The notes below the pieces were generated by a model. That model was not told the DNA's origin. It searched no databases and worked only from the letters and a program-made list of their open reading frames with translations. A stretch of DNA of 64,000 nucleotides from Chromatiaceae bacterium (GTDB lineage: Bacteria > Pseudomonadota > Gammaproteobacteria > Chromatiales > Chromatiaceae). Position numbers and translations under genes: made by a program. Positions 38,914 through 47,560 of this stretch are shown piece by piece. Location: the NCBI GenBank assembly GCA_024235255.1, contig JACKMT010000005.1, forward strand, positions 39,836 through 103,835, given 5' to 3'. Every line of letters starts with the position of its first letter. Position 1 is the first letter of the stretch.

Positions 38914-40427
38914 CCTTTACCGAACTGCCCTGGGCCGTCCAGATAAACTATCCGATATTGGCGACGCTGCAGCTGCTGCCGCTGCTTGCGATGGCCGTGG
39001 CACTGGCATGGAACGGACGCCGGCATCTGCTCTGGGTGGGACTGTCTGCAGCTGCGCTGGAGCTGTTGCTGGCACTGGATCTTTACCTCACTTACGATCC
39101 CGGTACCGGGGCAATGCAGTTTGCGGAACGCCTGTCGTTGCTGGGACCGCTTGAATACCATGCCGCAGCCGATGGCATCACTGTGCTGTTCGTGTTGTTG
39201 AACGCACTGTTGACGCTGATGGTCGTGATCTATTCCGAGGCACGCCGGCTGCAGCCGCTCTCCCTTGTGCTGGCTGTTGTTTTTCTGGTTGAAGCGACAT
39301 TGATGAGTCTGCTGGTTTCGCTCAATCTGTTCTGGTTTCTGTTCATGTCCGCGGCTCAGTTTTTTCCCGTCGGTTATCTGATTTGGCGCTGGGCCAGCGC
39401 ACCGGAAAAAGACCTGGCGCTTACCCGTTTTCTGCAATTCATGGGGGTCGGCCTGGTGCTGCTGCTTGCCGGAACCCTAATGCTGGGACTCAATCATGCC
39501 GATGCCACAGGTCGCTGGAGCTTCGATCTCTTCGATCTGGCGGCAGTCGAGGTGCCGGCCGGAATGCTATCGGTTGTTTTTTTCCTGCTGTTTTACGGGC
39601 TTGGCCTGCGCACGCCGATATTCCCATTTCATGGATGGCTGCCGATTATTGCCGAACACGGCAGCATTGCTGTGGCACCGGTATTCCTGCTCGGATTAAA
39701 GACCGGGGTATACGGCATGCTGCGTTTCGTGTTTCCGCTGCTGCCGGAGGCGGTGCTGCAGTGGCACAGGTACATCGTTGCTTTTGCCCTGGCCGGCGTC
39801 TTCTATGCTGCTGTGATGGCGCTGTTGCAGGTCAACTTGCGCCGGCTGCTCGCGTTCGCGGTGGTCAGTCATACCAGCTTAATGGTCATCGGCCTGTTTA
39901 CGCTGGGTGAGTACTCGTTTGCCGGGAGCATCGTGCAGTCGGTCAATTTCGGGCTGGCTATTACCGGGCTGGTGTTCATGATCGGATTGATTCACCGGCG
40001 TACGCAGAGTGTGCTGCTCTCCCGACTGGGAGGGCTGTTCGATCTGCTGCCCCTGCTCGGCATCACCTTTCTGGTGGCGGGCCTGTCGATTATCGGTATG
40101 CCGGGGACCCCCGGGTTCGATGCCGTGCATCTGGTAATGGAGGATTCCATTCGCCGATTCGGGGCATTGGTTACCATTGCCGCGGCGCTGGGTAATGTGA
40201 TTGCGGCAGGTTTTCTGTTGCTGGCGTTCCAGCGGGCATTCCTCTCCCCGGCGTCGCCTGCCGAGGATATGCCCGAAATCGAACGCGCCAGCACTTTGGA
40301 GAAACTGGTATCGGCGTTGGTAATTCTGCTGCTTCTCGGCGGCGGATTCTATCTTGAACCCTGGTTGGCGCTGGTGGACGGTCCGGCGCAGCGCCTCAGT
40401 CTACTGTTTAATCCCGGGAGCGGTTGA
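38910..40427 (+). CDS. divergent NuoM/N-like antiporter-type membrane protein lacking the canonical TM5 Glu and TM7 Lys
   Basis: 505-aa ORF. PIFPFHGWLPIIAEHGS, LLGLKTGVYGMLRF and VVSHTSL identify the PF00361 fold. The TM5 motif reads LFWFLFMSAAQFF and the TM7 motif reads GLGLRTP. ATGA overlap with dabB. Confidence 0.8.
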   Translation: MTFTELPWAVQINYPILATLQLLPLLAMAVALAWNGRRHLLWVGLSAAALELLLALDLYLTYDPGTGAMQFAERLSLLGPLEYHAAADGITVLFVLLNALLTLMVVIYSEARRLQPLSLVLAVVFLVEATLMSLLVSLNLFWFLFMSAAQFFPVGYLIWRWASAPEKDLALTRFLQFMGVGLVLLLAGTLMLGLNHADATGRWSFDLFDLAAVEVPAGMLSVVFFLLFYGLGLRTPIFPFHGWLPIIAEHGSIAVAPVFLLGLKTGVYGMLRFVFPLLPEAVLQWHRYIVAFALAGVFYAAVMALLQVNLRRLLAFAVVSHTSLMVIGLFTLGEYSFAGSIVQSVNFGLAITGLVFMIGLIHRRTQSVLLSRLGGLFDLLPLLGITFLVAGLSIIGMPGTPGFDAVHLVMEDSIRRFGALVTIAAALGNVIAAGFLLLAFQRAFLSPASPAEDMPEIERASTLEKLVSALVILLLLGGGFYLEPWLALVDGPAQRLSLLFNPGSG

Positions 40428-41932
40428 AGGTGCAGGCGAACGTCAGCGGTTTCCCTTTTCTCAGCGCCATGCTGCTGGTGCTGCTGGCAGCGGCTGTGTT
40501 GATTTGGCTGTTTCGGGATGCGCGTCAGGCCAGGTGGGTGGCATTGGGCGCCACTGCGCTGGATCTGCTGGTAACGCTGGCAATGTTATGGCGCTTCGAC
40601 TCCGCAAACCAGGGTTTTCAGTTCGTCGAACGGATGCAGTGGATTCCCACGCTACACATCAGTTATCTGGTCGGAGTGGACGGCATATCGATATTGTTTC
40701 TGCCAATGACTCAGCTGCTGTTTCTCGGGGTGATCGTCGCCTCCTGGAGCAGTGTGCGCGCCATGGTACAGCTCTACTTCAGTCTGCTGTTGCTGCTGGA
40801 AACAGTAACCCTGGGTATTTTTTGTGCGCTGGATACTATCCTGTTCTTCCTGTTCTGGGAGATGACGCTGCTGCCGCTCTACTTTCTGATCAGTCTCTGG
40901 GGAATTGGGCCCAACCGTCGTTATGCAGCACTTAATTACACGCTGTTCATGTTGGCTGGCGGGGTGCCGCTGCTGTTCGGCATCCTGTTATTGGCTTTTA
41001 ACCATGCAGCGGTTACCGGCACCGGCATTCCGGAGGGATTGGCCTTCGGTTATCTGCAACTCTTCCAGATAGCGGTACCCGAGGGTACCCAGACCCTGAT
41101 CTTTCTGCTGTTGCTGGCAGGGTTTGCAGTTAAGACACCCCTGATCCCGTTGCATACTTGGCTACCGGTAGTGGCACAGGAGGGGCCGGTGGCGATAGCG
41201 GCGTTGCTCACCGGTTTGAAACTGGGCGCCTACGGCCTACTCAGATTTGTTGTTCCACTGGCGCCGCAGGCAGCTTTGGAATTTCACTGGCTGCTCTCCG
41301 GTCTGGGTGTGGCAGGCATACTTTACGGTGCAGTGCTTGCCATCCGTCAGACCAATCTCAGACGTATGCTCGCCTTTTCCAGTATCAGTCATGTTGGGCT
41401 GGTTATATTGGGTATTGCCTCTTTTACGCTGCAGGGTATTCAGGGTGCGTTGTTCCAACTGCTCAATTTTACTGTAGTCGCCGGGGGCGTTTACCTGCTG
41501 GCCGGATTTCTGCATCACCGGATCGGTTCCACTGATCTTCTGCATCTGGGAGGAGTGGCCCGGAGCATGCCCTTACTGGCAAGTTTCTTTCTGTTCTTTG
41601 GCCTGACCGGTATGGGCGTACCCGGCACCTCCGGATTCCCGGCTGAGTTCCTGATCCTTGTGAGCGCCATTACTACCCATACCGGTGCCGGTCTTGCCGC
41701 GCTATTCGGGGTGGTGCTTGGCGCCGGTTATTTTCTCAGCATCTACCGGCAGGCGTTTCTGGGGCCGGTTACCAGCGATGCGGTCGTTGATGCACCGGAC
41801 CTGCGAATGCGCGAACTGCTGCTGGTTTGTGCCTATGCGCTACTGATATTGCTCGGGGGTTTATATCCATCCGGGGTATTGGATCTAACCAGAGCAGCCA
41901 GTGAAACATGGTTGGCCAGATTGATATCCTGA
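40424..41932 (+). CDS. NuoM/MrpD-like antiporter-type membrane protein, last gene of the DabA operon
   Basis: 502-aa ORF. GVDGISILFLPMT, LFFLFWEMTLLPLYFLI, GFAVKTPLIPLHTWLPVVAQEGP, GLKLGAYG, SISHVG. TTG start (or GTG at 40430) overlapping the upstream stop. Confidence 0.87.
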   Translation: MKVQANVSGFPFLSAMLLVLLAAAVLIWLFRDARQARWVALGATALDLLVTLAMLWRFDSANQGFQFVERMQWIPTLHISYLVGVDGISILFLPMTQLLFLGVIVASWSSVRAMVQLYFSLLLLLETVTLGIFCALDTILFFLFWEMTLLPLYFLISLWGIGPNRRYAALNYTLFMLAGGVPLLFGILLLAFNHAAVTGTGIPEGLAFGYLQLFQIAVPEGTQTLIFLLLLAGFAVKTPLIPLHTWLPVVAQEGPVAIAALLTGLKLGAYGLLRFVVPLAPQAALEFHWLLSGLGVAGILYGAVLAIRQTNLRRMLAFSSISHVGLVILGIASFTLQGIQGALFQLLNFTVVAGGVYLLAGFLHHRIGSTDLLHLGGVARSMPLLASFFLFFGLTGMGVPGTSGFPAEFLILVSAITTHTGAGLAALFGVVLGAGYFLSIYRQAFLGPVTSDAVVDAPDLRMRELLLVCAYALLILLGGLYPSGVLDLTRAASETWLARLIS

Positions 41933-42121
41933 TTAAAACGATCGATTCGACATGAGCATCGGTTCGGCGGTTAAGAATTAGTAAATCAGCAAACAATCAT
42001 GCACGACGTTGATCTGGCTCAAGCTTCGCCATACCTATCTGTTTTATGCTTTTAATAAACAAGTTGATTACTGTCTTATGTATGGATGGGGGCTTTAATA
42101 ACCTGAAACGGAGGTATCGAG

Positions 42122-42439
42122 ATGTTCAAGACTAAACGTTTTTTCGCAGCTGCTCTGATCGCTTCCGCTGCCTTGGCGCCGTTGGCAGCCGATGCATGGT
42201 GGGGCTTTCCGTTCGGGGGAGGACCCTGGAGCGATGGCTGGGGCGGGCCTTGGGGTGGAGGACCTTGGGGTGGAGGACCTTGGGGTGGAGGACCTTGGGG
42301 TTATCCAGGTTACGGCTACGGTTATCCCGGCTATGGGTACGGCTATCCCGCTTACGGCTACGGCTACCCGGCTTATGGCTACCAGCCGTTCGGCTACCCC
42401 TACTATGCGCCTGCCGCGACGACTAGCGAGAAAAAGTAG
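42122..42439 (+). CDS. sulfur globule protein-like secreted Gly/Trp/Tyr/Pro repeat protein
   Basis: 105-aa ORF. Signal peptide ending ADA, then WWGFPFGGGPW, (GGGPW)x3-4 and (GYGYP)n repeats. RBS ggagg upstream. Resembles the Sgp/CV proteins of purple sulfur bacteria. Confidence 0.78.
   Translation: MFKTKRFFAAALIASAALAPLAADAWWGFPFGGGPWSDGWGGPWGGGPWGGGPWGGGPWGYPGYGYGYPGYGYGYPAYGYGYPAYGYQPFGYPYYAPAATTSEKK
42248..42301 (+). repeat. perfect 15-bp tandem repeat (ccttggggtggagga, about 3.6 copies) inside the sgp-like CDS
   Basis: Direct reading of 42241-42301. In frame, encodes the GGGPW units. Followed by imperfect ~21-bp GYGYGYP-coding repeats to ~42385. Confidence 0.9.
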
Positions 42440-42711
42440 CCTAGCTGACTGAATGAATACCTGCCCGCCTGTGAACTGAGTGCTTCCGGCGGGTGGGTAT
42501 GGAGCGGCCTTTCCAGCGTTTATGAGTACGTGCTATGGCCGTTGCACCGGTACCAGATAATTCCACTGCATGGTTATGAGTGAGTATCGCTGCCGGTTGC
42601 ATATCCCTCTAAACAAAAGATAATCATAATATTCTGTTTCGATTTTCCTGCCGCACCAGGATCTCTCTGCTTTCCGGTAGGCTTCACTGGGTAGTATTTT
42701 AGGATAAGTTC

Positions 42712-44460
42712 TTGAACTGGATTTTAGAAATACTCAGGTCAGTACCCGGACGCTTCACGCCTTTCTTCGCTTGGATCGGTCAACTGCGAAACAGCGATAC
42801 GCTGAGGGCTGATTTGATAGCCGGTATCACCGTTGCGTTGGTGCTCATCCCGCAGTCCATGGCCTATGCGCAGTTGGCCGGATTACCGGCTTATTATGGG
42901 CTCTATGCCTCCTTCCTGCCGCCGATTGTTGCCGCCCTGTTCGGCTCCTCGTATCAGCTCGCGACCGGGCCGGTGGCAGTAGTGTCACTGCTCACCGCTG
43001 CTTCTTTGCACCCACTTGCGGCAACCGGAACGGCAGGATTTGTTGCATATGCAATCCTGCTGGCAGTAATGGTCGGTATTTTTCAGATGACACTCGGTTT
43101 TCTAAGGCTCGGCGTGGTAGTGGATCTGCTTTCCCACCCGGTGGTGGTCGGCTTTACCAATGCCGGAGCGTTGATCATTGCGACCTCCCAGCTGGGCAAG
43201 CTTTTCGGAGTCACTGCGGCAAAAGCCGAACACCACTATGAGACGGTTCACAATACGCTGCTGGCGGCGATGGATCAAACCCACTGGCCCACGTTTTGGA
43301 TGGCAGTGCTGGCACTTACCCTGATGCTCGGAATGAAGCGCTATTTCCCCAAACTTCCCAACGTGCTGGTGGCAGTGGCGCTGACAACACTGCTCTCATG
43401 GGTCACGCGATTCGAGCTGGCAGGCGGCAGCGTAGTGGGGAGAATTCCCGAGGGACTGCCTGGGTTCTCCCTGCCCCATTTCGACTTCAGCATTATGGGG
43501 CAGTTGGTTACCAGCGCGGTAGTGATTGCGTTGATCGGATTCATGGAGGCGATCGCCATTGCTAAGGCTATGGCGGCGAAAACCAGACAGCGTCTGGATA
43601 CCAACCAGGAGTTGGTCGGACAGGGGCTGAGCAATGTCGTCTCCGGCCTGTTTTCCGGCTACCCCGTCTCAGGTTCTTTTTCGCGCTCGGCAGTGAATAT
43701 CGATGCCGGCGCAAGAACCGGTTTTTCCTCCGTCGTTACCGGTATTGTCGTTGCTGTCGCACTGTTGTTTCTTACGCCGCTGCTTTACCATCTGCCCAAC
43801 GCTACGCTGGGAGCGGTGATCATCCTGGCGGTAGTCAATCTGGTAAAAGTTCAACCGGTGATTCACGCCTGGAAAGCGGAACACCAGGATGGCGTTATTT
43901 CGGTCATTACCTTCGTGCTCACGCTTATTCTGGCACCGCACCTGGAGTGGGGCATAGTTACCGGGGTGGGCCTTTCGATACTGCTGTTCTTTATCCGCTC
44001 CATGCGCCCGCGGGTTGCGGAACTCTCCCGTTACAGTGACGGGACAATGCGCGATATCTCGGTGCACCGGCTGCCGACCAGCGAGAAAATCGCCGTGGTA
44101 CGCTTCGACGGTTCGCTCTATTTTGGCAATGCCGGTTATTTTGAAGACAAGATACTCGAAGTGGTTGCGTCAAAGCCGGCGTTGAAATACATCATCATAG
44201 ACGGTGAAGGGATCAATCAGCTGGATTCGACGGGTGAGGAGGTGCTGCATCACCTGGCCGAGCGTCTGCAGAGCAACGGCATTCATATTCTGGTGGCGCG
44301 TATGAAGAAGCAGTTTATGGATACCATCCGCGCGACCGGACTTATTGAGAAAATGGGTGAGCGGCACTTCTTCGCCCGGATACAGAATGCGCTGGACTAT
44401 GCCTGGGATTCGCTTGGTGAATCCTATGACCGGAGAGCCTGTCCATTGCGCCGTCAGTAG
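42712..44460 (+). CDS. SulP-family anion transporter with C-terminal STAS domain
   Basis: 582-aa ORF. DLIAGITVALVLIPQSMAYAQLAGLPAYYGLYASFLPPIV, sulfate-transporter core, C-terminal STAS (VVRFDGSLYFGNAGYF...IIIDGEGINQLDSTG). TTG start. Confidence 0.9.
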   Translation: MNWILEILRSVPGRFTPFFAWIGQLRNSDTLRADLIAGITVALVLIPQSMAYAQLAGLPAYYGLYASFLPPIVAALFGSSYQLATGPVAVVSLLTAASLHPLAATGTAGFVAYAILLAVMVGIFQMTLGFLRLGVVVDLLSHPVVVGFTNAGALIIATSQLGKLFGVTAAKAEHHYETVHNTLLAAMDQTHWPTFWMAVLALTLMLGMKRYFPKLPNVLVAVALTTLLSWVTRFELAGGSVVGRIPEGLPGFSLPHFDFSIMGQLVTSAVVIALIGFMEAIAIAKAMAAKTRQRLDTNQELVGQGLSNVVSGLFSGYPVSGSFSRSAVNIDAGARTGFSSVVTGIVVAVALLFLTPLLYHLPNATLGAVIILAVVNLVKVQPVIHAWKAEHQDGVISVITFVLTLILAPHLEWGIVTGVGLSILLFFIRSMRPRVAELSRYSDGTMRDISVHRLPTSEKIAVVRFDGSLYFGNAGYFEDKILEVVASKPALKYIIIDGEGINQLDSTGEEVLHHLAERLQSNGIHILVARMKKQFMDTIRATGLIEKMGERHFFARIQNALDYAWDSLGESYDRRACPLRRQ

Positions 44461-44487
44461 CGGTTTCAGAATCTCTTTGTTATCCGG

Positions 44488-45924
44488 CTAATCGCCGAGT
44501 TCGGAGCTGACCGTTGCCGCCGGCAGCAATTTACCCGGATTGAGAATATTGTTCGGGTCGAAGTGGGATTTGATTCCGCGCATCAGTTCAAGTGTCACCG
44601 GATCAACTTCACGGCTGATGAAGTCTCGCTTCTCAAGGCCGACACCGTGCTCTCCGGATAAGGTACCCTCCAGTTTCAAAACCAGATCGAAGGTGGCATC
44701 GAGGCAGGCCATGGCTCGTTCCATCTCCGCCTTGTTTTCCGGATTGGCGAGCAGATTGACATGGATATTGCCGTTGCCTGCGTGGCCGAAATTGACGATA
44801 CGGATATCGTACTCACTGGAGAGTTGTTCCAGTCCGTCGATCAGATCCGGAATGCGCGACACAGGGACCACCACATCCTCGTTTATTTTTTTGGGTGCCA
44901 CGTTGCGCAGTGCCGGAGAGAGAGATTTGCGGGTATTCCAGAGCAGCTTGATCTCCTCCGGGCTGCTGGCGCCGCGGACCGAGATCAGCCCATCCACCGT
45001 GGCTGCAGATTTTATCGCCTCCACAGCGTTTTCCAGGGAGTGGGTCGGGCCATCAACTTCGATCATCAGCAAGGCACCCGCTGCGGGTTCCAGATCCAGC
45101 CCGGAAAAACTCCGCACCATCTCGATTGCGGCGCGGTCCATGAACTCCAGCGCGCAGGGCGTTACCGGTTGTGCCATGATCGCCGACACGGCGGCGGCTG
45201 CGGAATGAATGCTGCGGTAACTGGCCTGCAGGGTCGTTTTTGCCTCGGCCAGCGGAGTCAGTTTGAGTACCGCTTCAGTGATGATTGCCAAGGTTCCTTC
45301 GGAGCCGATGATCAGCCGGGTGAGATCATAACCCACCACACCTTTGGTAGTGACTACACCGGTACGGAATTCCCGGCCGCTGCCGGTCACGGCGCGCAGG
45401 CCGAGGGTATTTTCCCTGGGTGTGCCATATTTGACCGCTCTCGGTCCCGCCGAGTTATAGGCCAGATTGCCGCCCAGCGTACAGACTGCGGCGCTGGTTG
45501 GGTCCGGCGGCCAGAAAAAACCGTACTTGGAGAGCGCGTCCTGCAGTTCCTGGTTGGTCACCCCCGGTTCCACCCGGGCGGTGCGGTTGTCCGGATCGAT
45601 GTGCAGTATACGGTTCATATGCTCCAGGCTCAGCACGACGCCGCCATGGTCGGGTACCGTGGCTCCGGTAGTGCCGGTGCCGGCGCCTCTGGGGGTTAAC
45701 GCGACCGAGTACCGGTTGCACAACGCGACAATCCGGACCACTTGCGGGTGGCTGGCCGCGAATACCACCGCCTGCGGGAGCGCATGCCGGCGGCTGTTGT
45801 CATAGCCGTAGGCCCAGCAGTCCCCCGGGTCTGTGAGCAGCGCTTTTTCACCGACAATAGAGACCAGTTCGCTTAGAAATTCAGCGGAAAGCCTGCCGGC
45901 TGGTGCAAGGTCAGATGTATTCAA
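44488..45924 (-). CDS. FAD-linked oxidase (GlcD / D-lactate dehydrogenase family)
   Basis: 478-aa ORF. PQAVVFAASHPQVVRIV, TPRGAGTGTTGATVP, GTLSGEHGVGLEKR. The start overlaps the dolP 3' end by 14 nt. Confidence 0.85.
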   Translation of the reverse strand: MNTSDLAPAGRLSAEFLSELVSIVGEKALLTDPGDCWAYGYDNSRRHALPQAVVFAASHPQVVRIVALCNRYSVALTPRGAGTGTTGATVPDHGGVVLSLEHMNRILHIDPDNRTARVEPGVTNQELQDALSKYGFFWPPDPTSAAVCTLGGNLAYNSAGPRAVKYGTPRENTLGLRAVTGSGREFRTGVVTTKGVVGYDLTRLIIGSEGTLAIITEAVLKLTPLAEAKTTLQASYRSIHSAAAAVSAIMAQPVTPCALEFMDRAAIEMVRSFSGLDLEPAAGALLMIEVDGPTHSLENAVEAIKSAATVDGLISVRGASSPEEIKLLWNTRKSLSPALRNVAPKKINEDVVVPVSRIPDLIDGLEQLSSEYDIRIVNFGHAGNGNIHVNLLANPENKAEMERAMACLDATFDLVLKLEGTLSGEHGVGLEKRDFISREVDPVTLELMRGIKSHFDPNNILNPGKLLPAATVSSELGD

Positions 45925-46483
45925 ATATTTTGACCACCCGCTCTACGCCGTTAATGTAGCGTACTTTTTCGACCACCGCTGCAGCCTCCTCCTGGGTAAC
46001 CAAGCCCATCAGAAAAACCACGCTTTTCTCGGTAACCACCTTTACCCTGGTGGGATCGAAACTGGGTATGCCTATATTCAAAAGCTCCAGTTTCACTTTA
46101 CCGGTCAGGTAGGTGTCATGGGTATCTTGAGCGATGGTCGTTGGGAATCCGATTTCAAGCTGATCGATTACGCGCTTTACCATCGGTGTGTTGCGCGCCA
46201 ATTCAATCAGGCGTTCCCTGTAACTCTCATTTTCGGCCTGGCCGGTGAGCAGCACCGCATAGTTGTAACTGGTGGCGGAAAGGCTGCTGTGTTCATTTAG
46301 ATCCGCGTCACCGGCTACCCCGGACATGATTTTGAACTGTATGTTTTTGTCATCAAGGACGGTGCCGGCAGAGCGGCGGTCATGGATAACCGCAGCACCG
46401 GTGGCAGCACCGCTGACCAGCACTGCCCCACACCCTTGCAGAAAAACTGCCAGCAGTAAGATGAGTAATAAGGCTTTTTTCAT
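45911..46483 (-). CDS. dolP: BON-domain outer-membrane lipoprotein DolP (YraP)
   Basis: 190-aa ORF. Lipobox FLQGC and two BON domains. Conserved position after diaA. Confidence 0.85.
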   Translation of the reverse strand: MKKALLLILLLAVFLQGCGAVLVSGAATGAAVIHDRRSAGTVLDDKNIQFKIMSGVAGDADLNEHSSLSATSYNYAVLLTGQAENESYRERLIELARNTPMVKRVIDQLEIGFPTTIAQDTHDTYLTGKVKLELLNIGIPSFDPTRVKVVTEKSVVFLMGLVTQEEAAAVVEKVRYINGVERVVKIFEYI

Positions 46484-46549
46484 AACACTTTCCCCGCGTT
46501 GAATTGTGGTTGGTTGCCGATCAAGTGACCTCCGTTTGCCAATTTCCGG

Positions 46550-47170
<621 letters not shown>

Positions 47171-47191
47171 CTACAATAGCGCTAACGGACG

Positions 47192-47554
47192 TTAGGTTGA
47201 TTGGAAGGCATTTTCTATCCAGTCGATCGCTCTGTTCGACCTGCCGGTGATGGCGACGACATCGAAACGGCAGGGTGTGTTTGCCCACTCTTTTCTGACC
47301 TGCAGAAAGTGCCGCGCCGTCTGAATCACCCGCAGCTGCTTTGCTCGGGTAACGCTTTCAGCCGCAGAACCGAAGATTCCATTGTTGCGTGAGCGAACTT
47401 CGACGAAAACCAGCGTCCCGGCATCAAGCAGCACGAGATCGATCTCCCCGCGGCGGCTGTGAAAATTCCGCTCCACCAGCTTCATTCCCTGAGCAAGCAG
47501 GTGCCTCAGGGCCTGCTCTTCCGCTTGACTTCCCTGATCCCTGGGGTGAGGCAT
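47192..47554 (-). CDS. yraN: YraN family (UPF0102) endonuclease-like protein
   Basis: 120-aa ORF. GEIDLVLLDAGTLVFVEVRSR, RFDVVAI. Confidence 0.85.
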   Translation of the reverse strand: MPHPRDQGSQAEEQALRHLLAQGMKLVERNFHSRRGEIDLVLLDAGTLVFVEVRSRNNGIFGSAAESVTRAKQLRVIQTARHFLQVRKEWANTPCRFDVVAITGRSNRAIDWIENAFQST

Positions 47555-47560
47555 GGTGCT

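Noticed and set aside
32602-41932. Interpretation of the four PF00361 genes as a fragment of a nuo (nuoL-M-N) or mrp operon
   Set aside because: No nuoA-K or mrpB/C/E/F/G genes are adjacent. The gene order is M-DabA-L-M-M with overlapping junctions, and DabA sits inside the series. A dedicated DabA-centred operon fits better.
42248-42385. Tandem direct repeats considered as a CRISPR array or non-coding VNTR
   Set aside because: The units are 15 and ~21 bp with no spacers. They are in frame within a signal-peptide-bearing ORF and encode GGGPW / GYGYP peptide repeats.
42192-42452. Alternative-frame ORFs (86 aa and 76 aa) over the sgp-like gene, and likewise 63216-63488, 63406-63606 and 63439-63633
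   Set aside because: These are frame-shifted readings of repetitive GC-rich DNA. Only the chosen frames have an RBS, a signal peptide and an Sgp-like composition.
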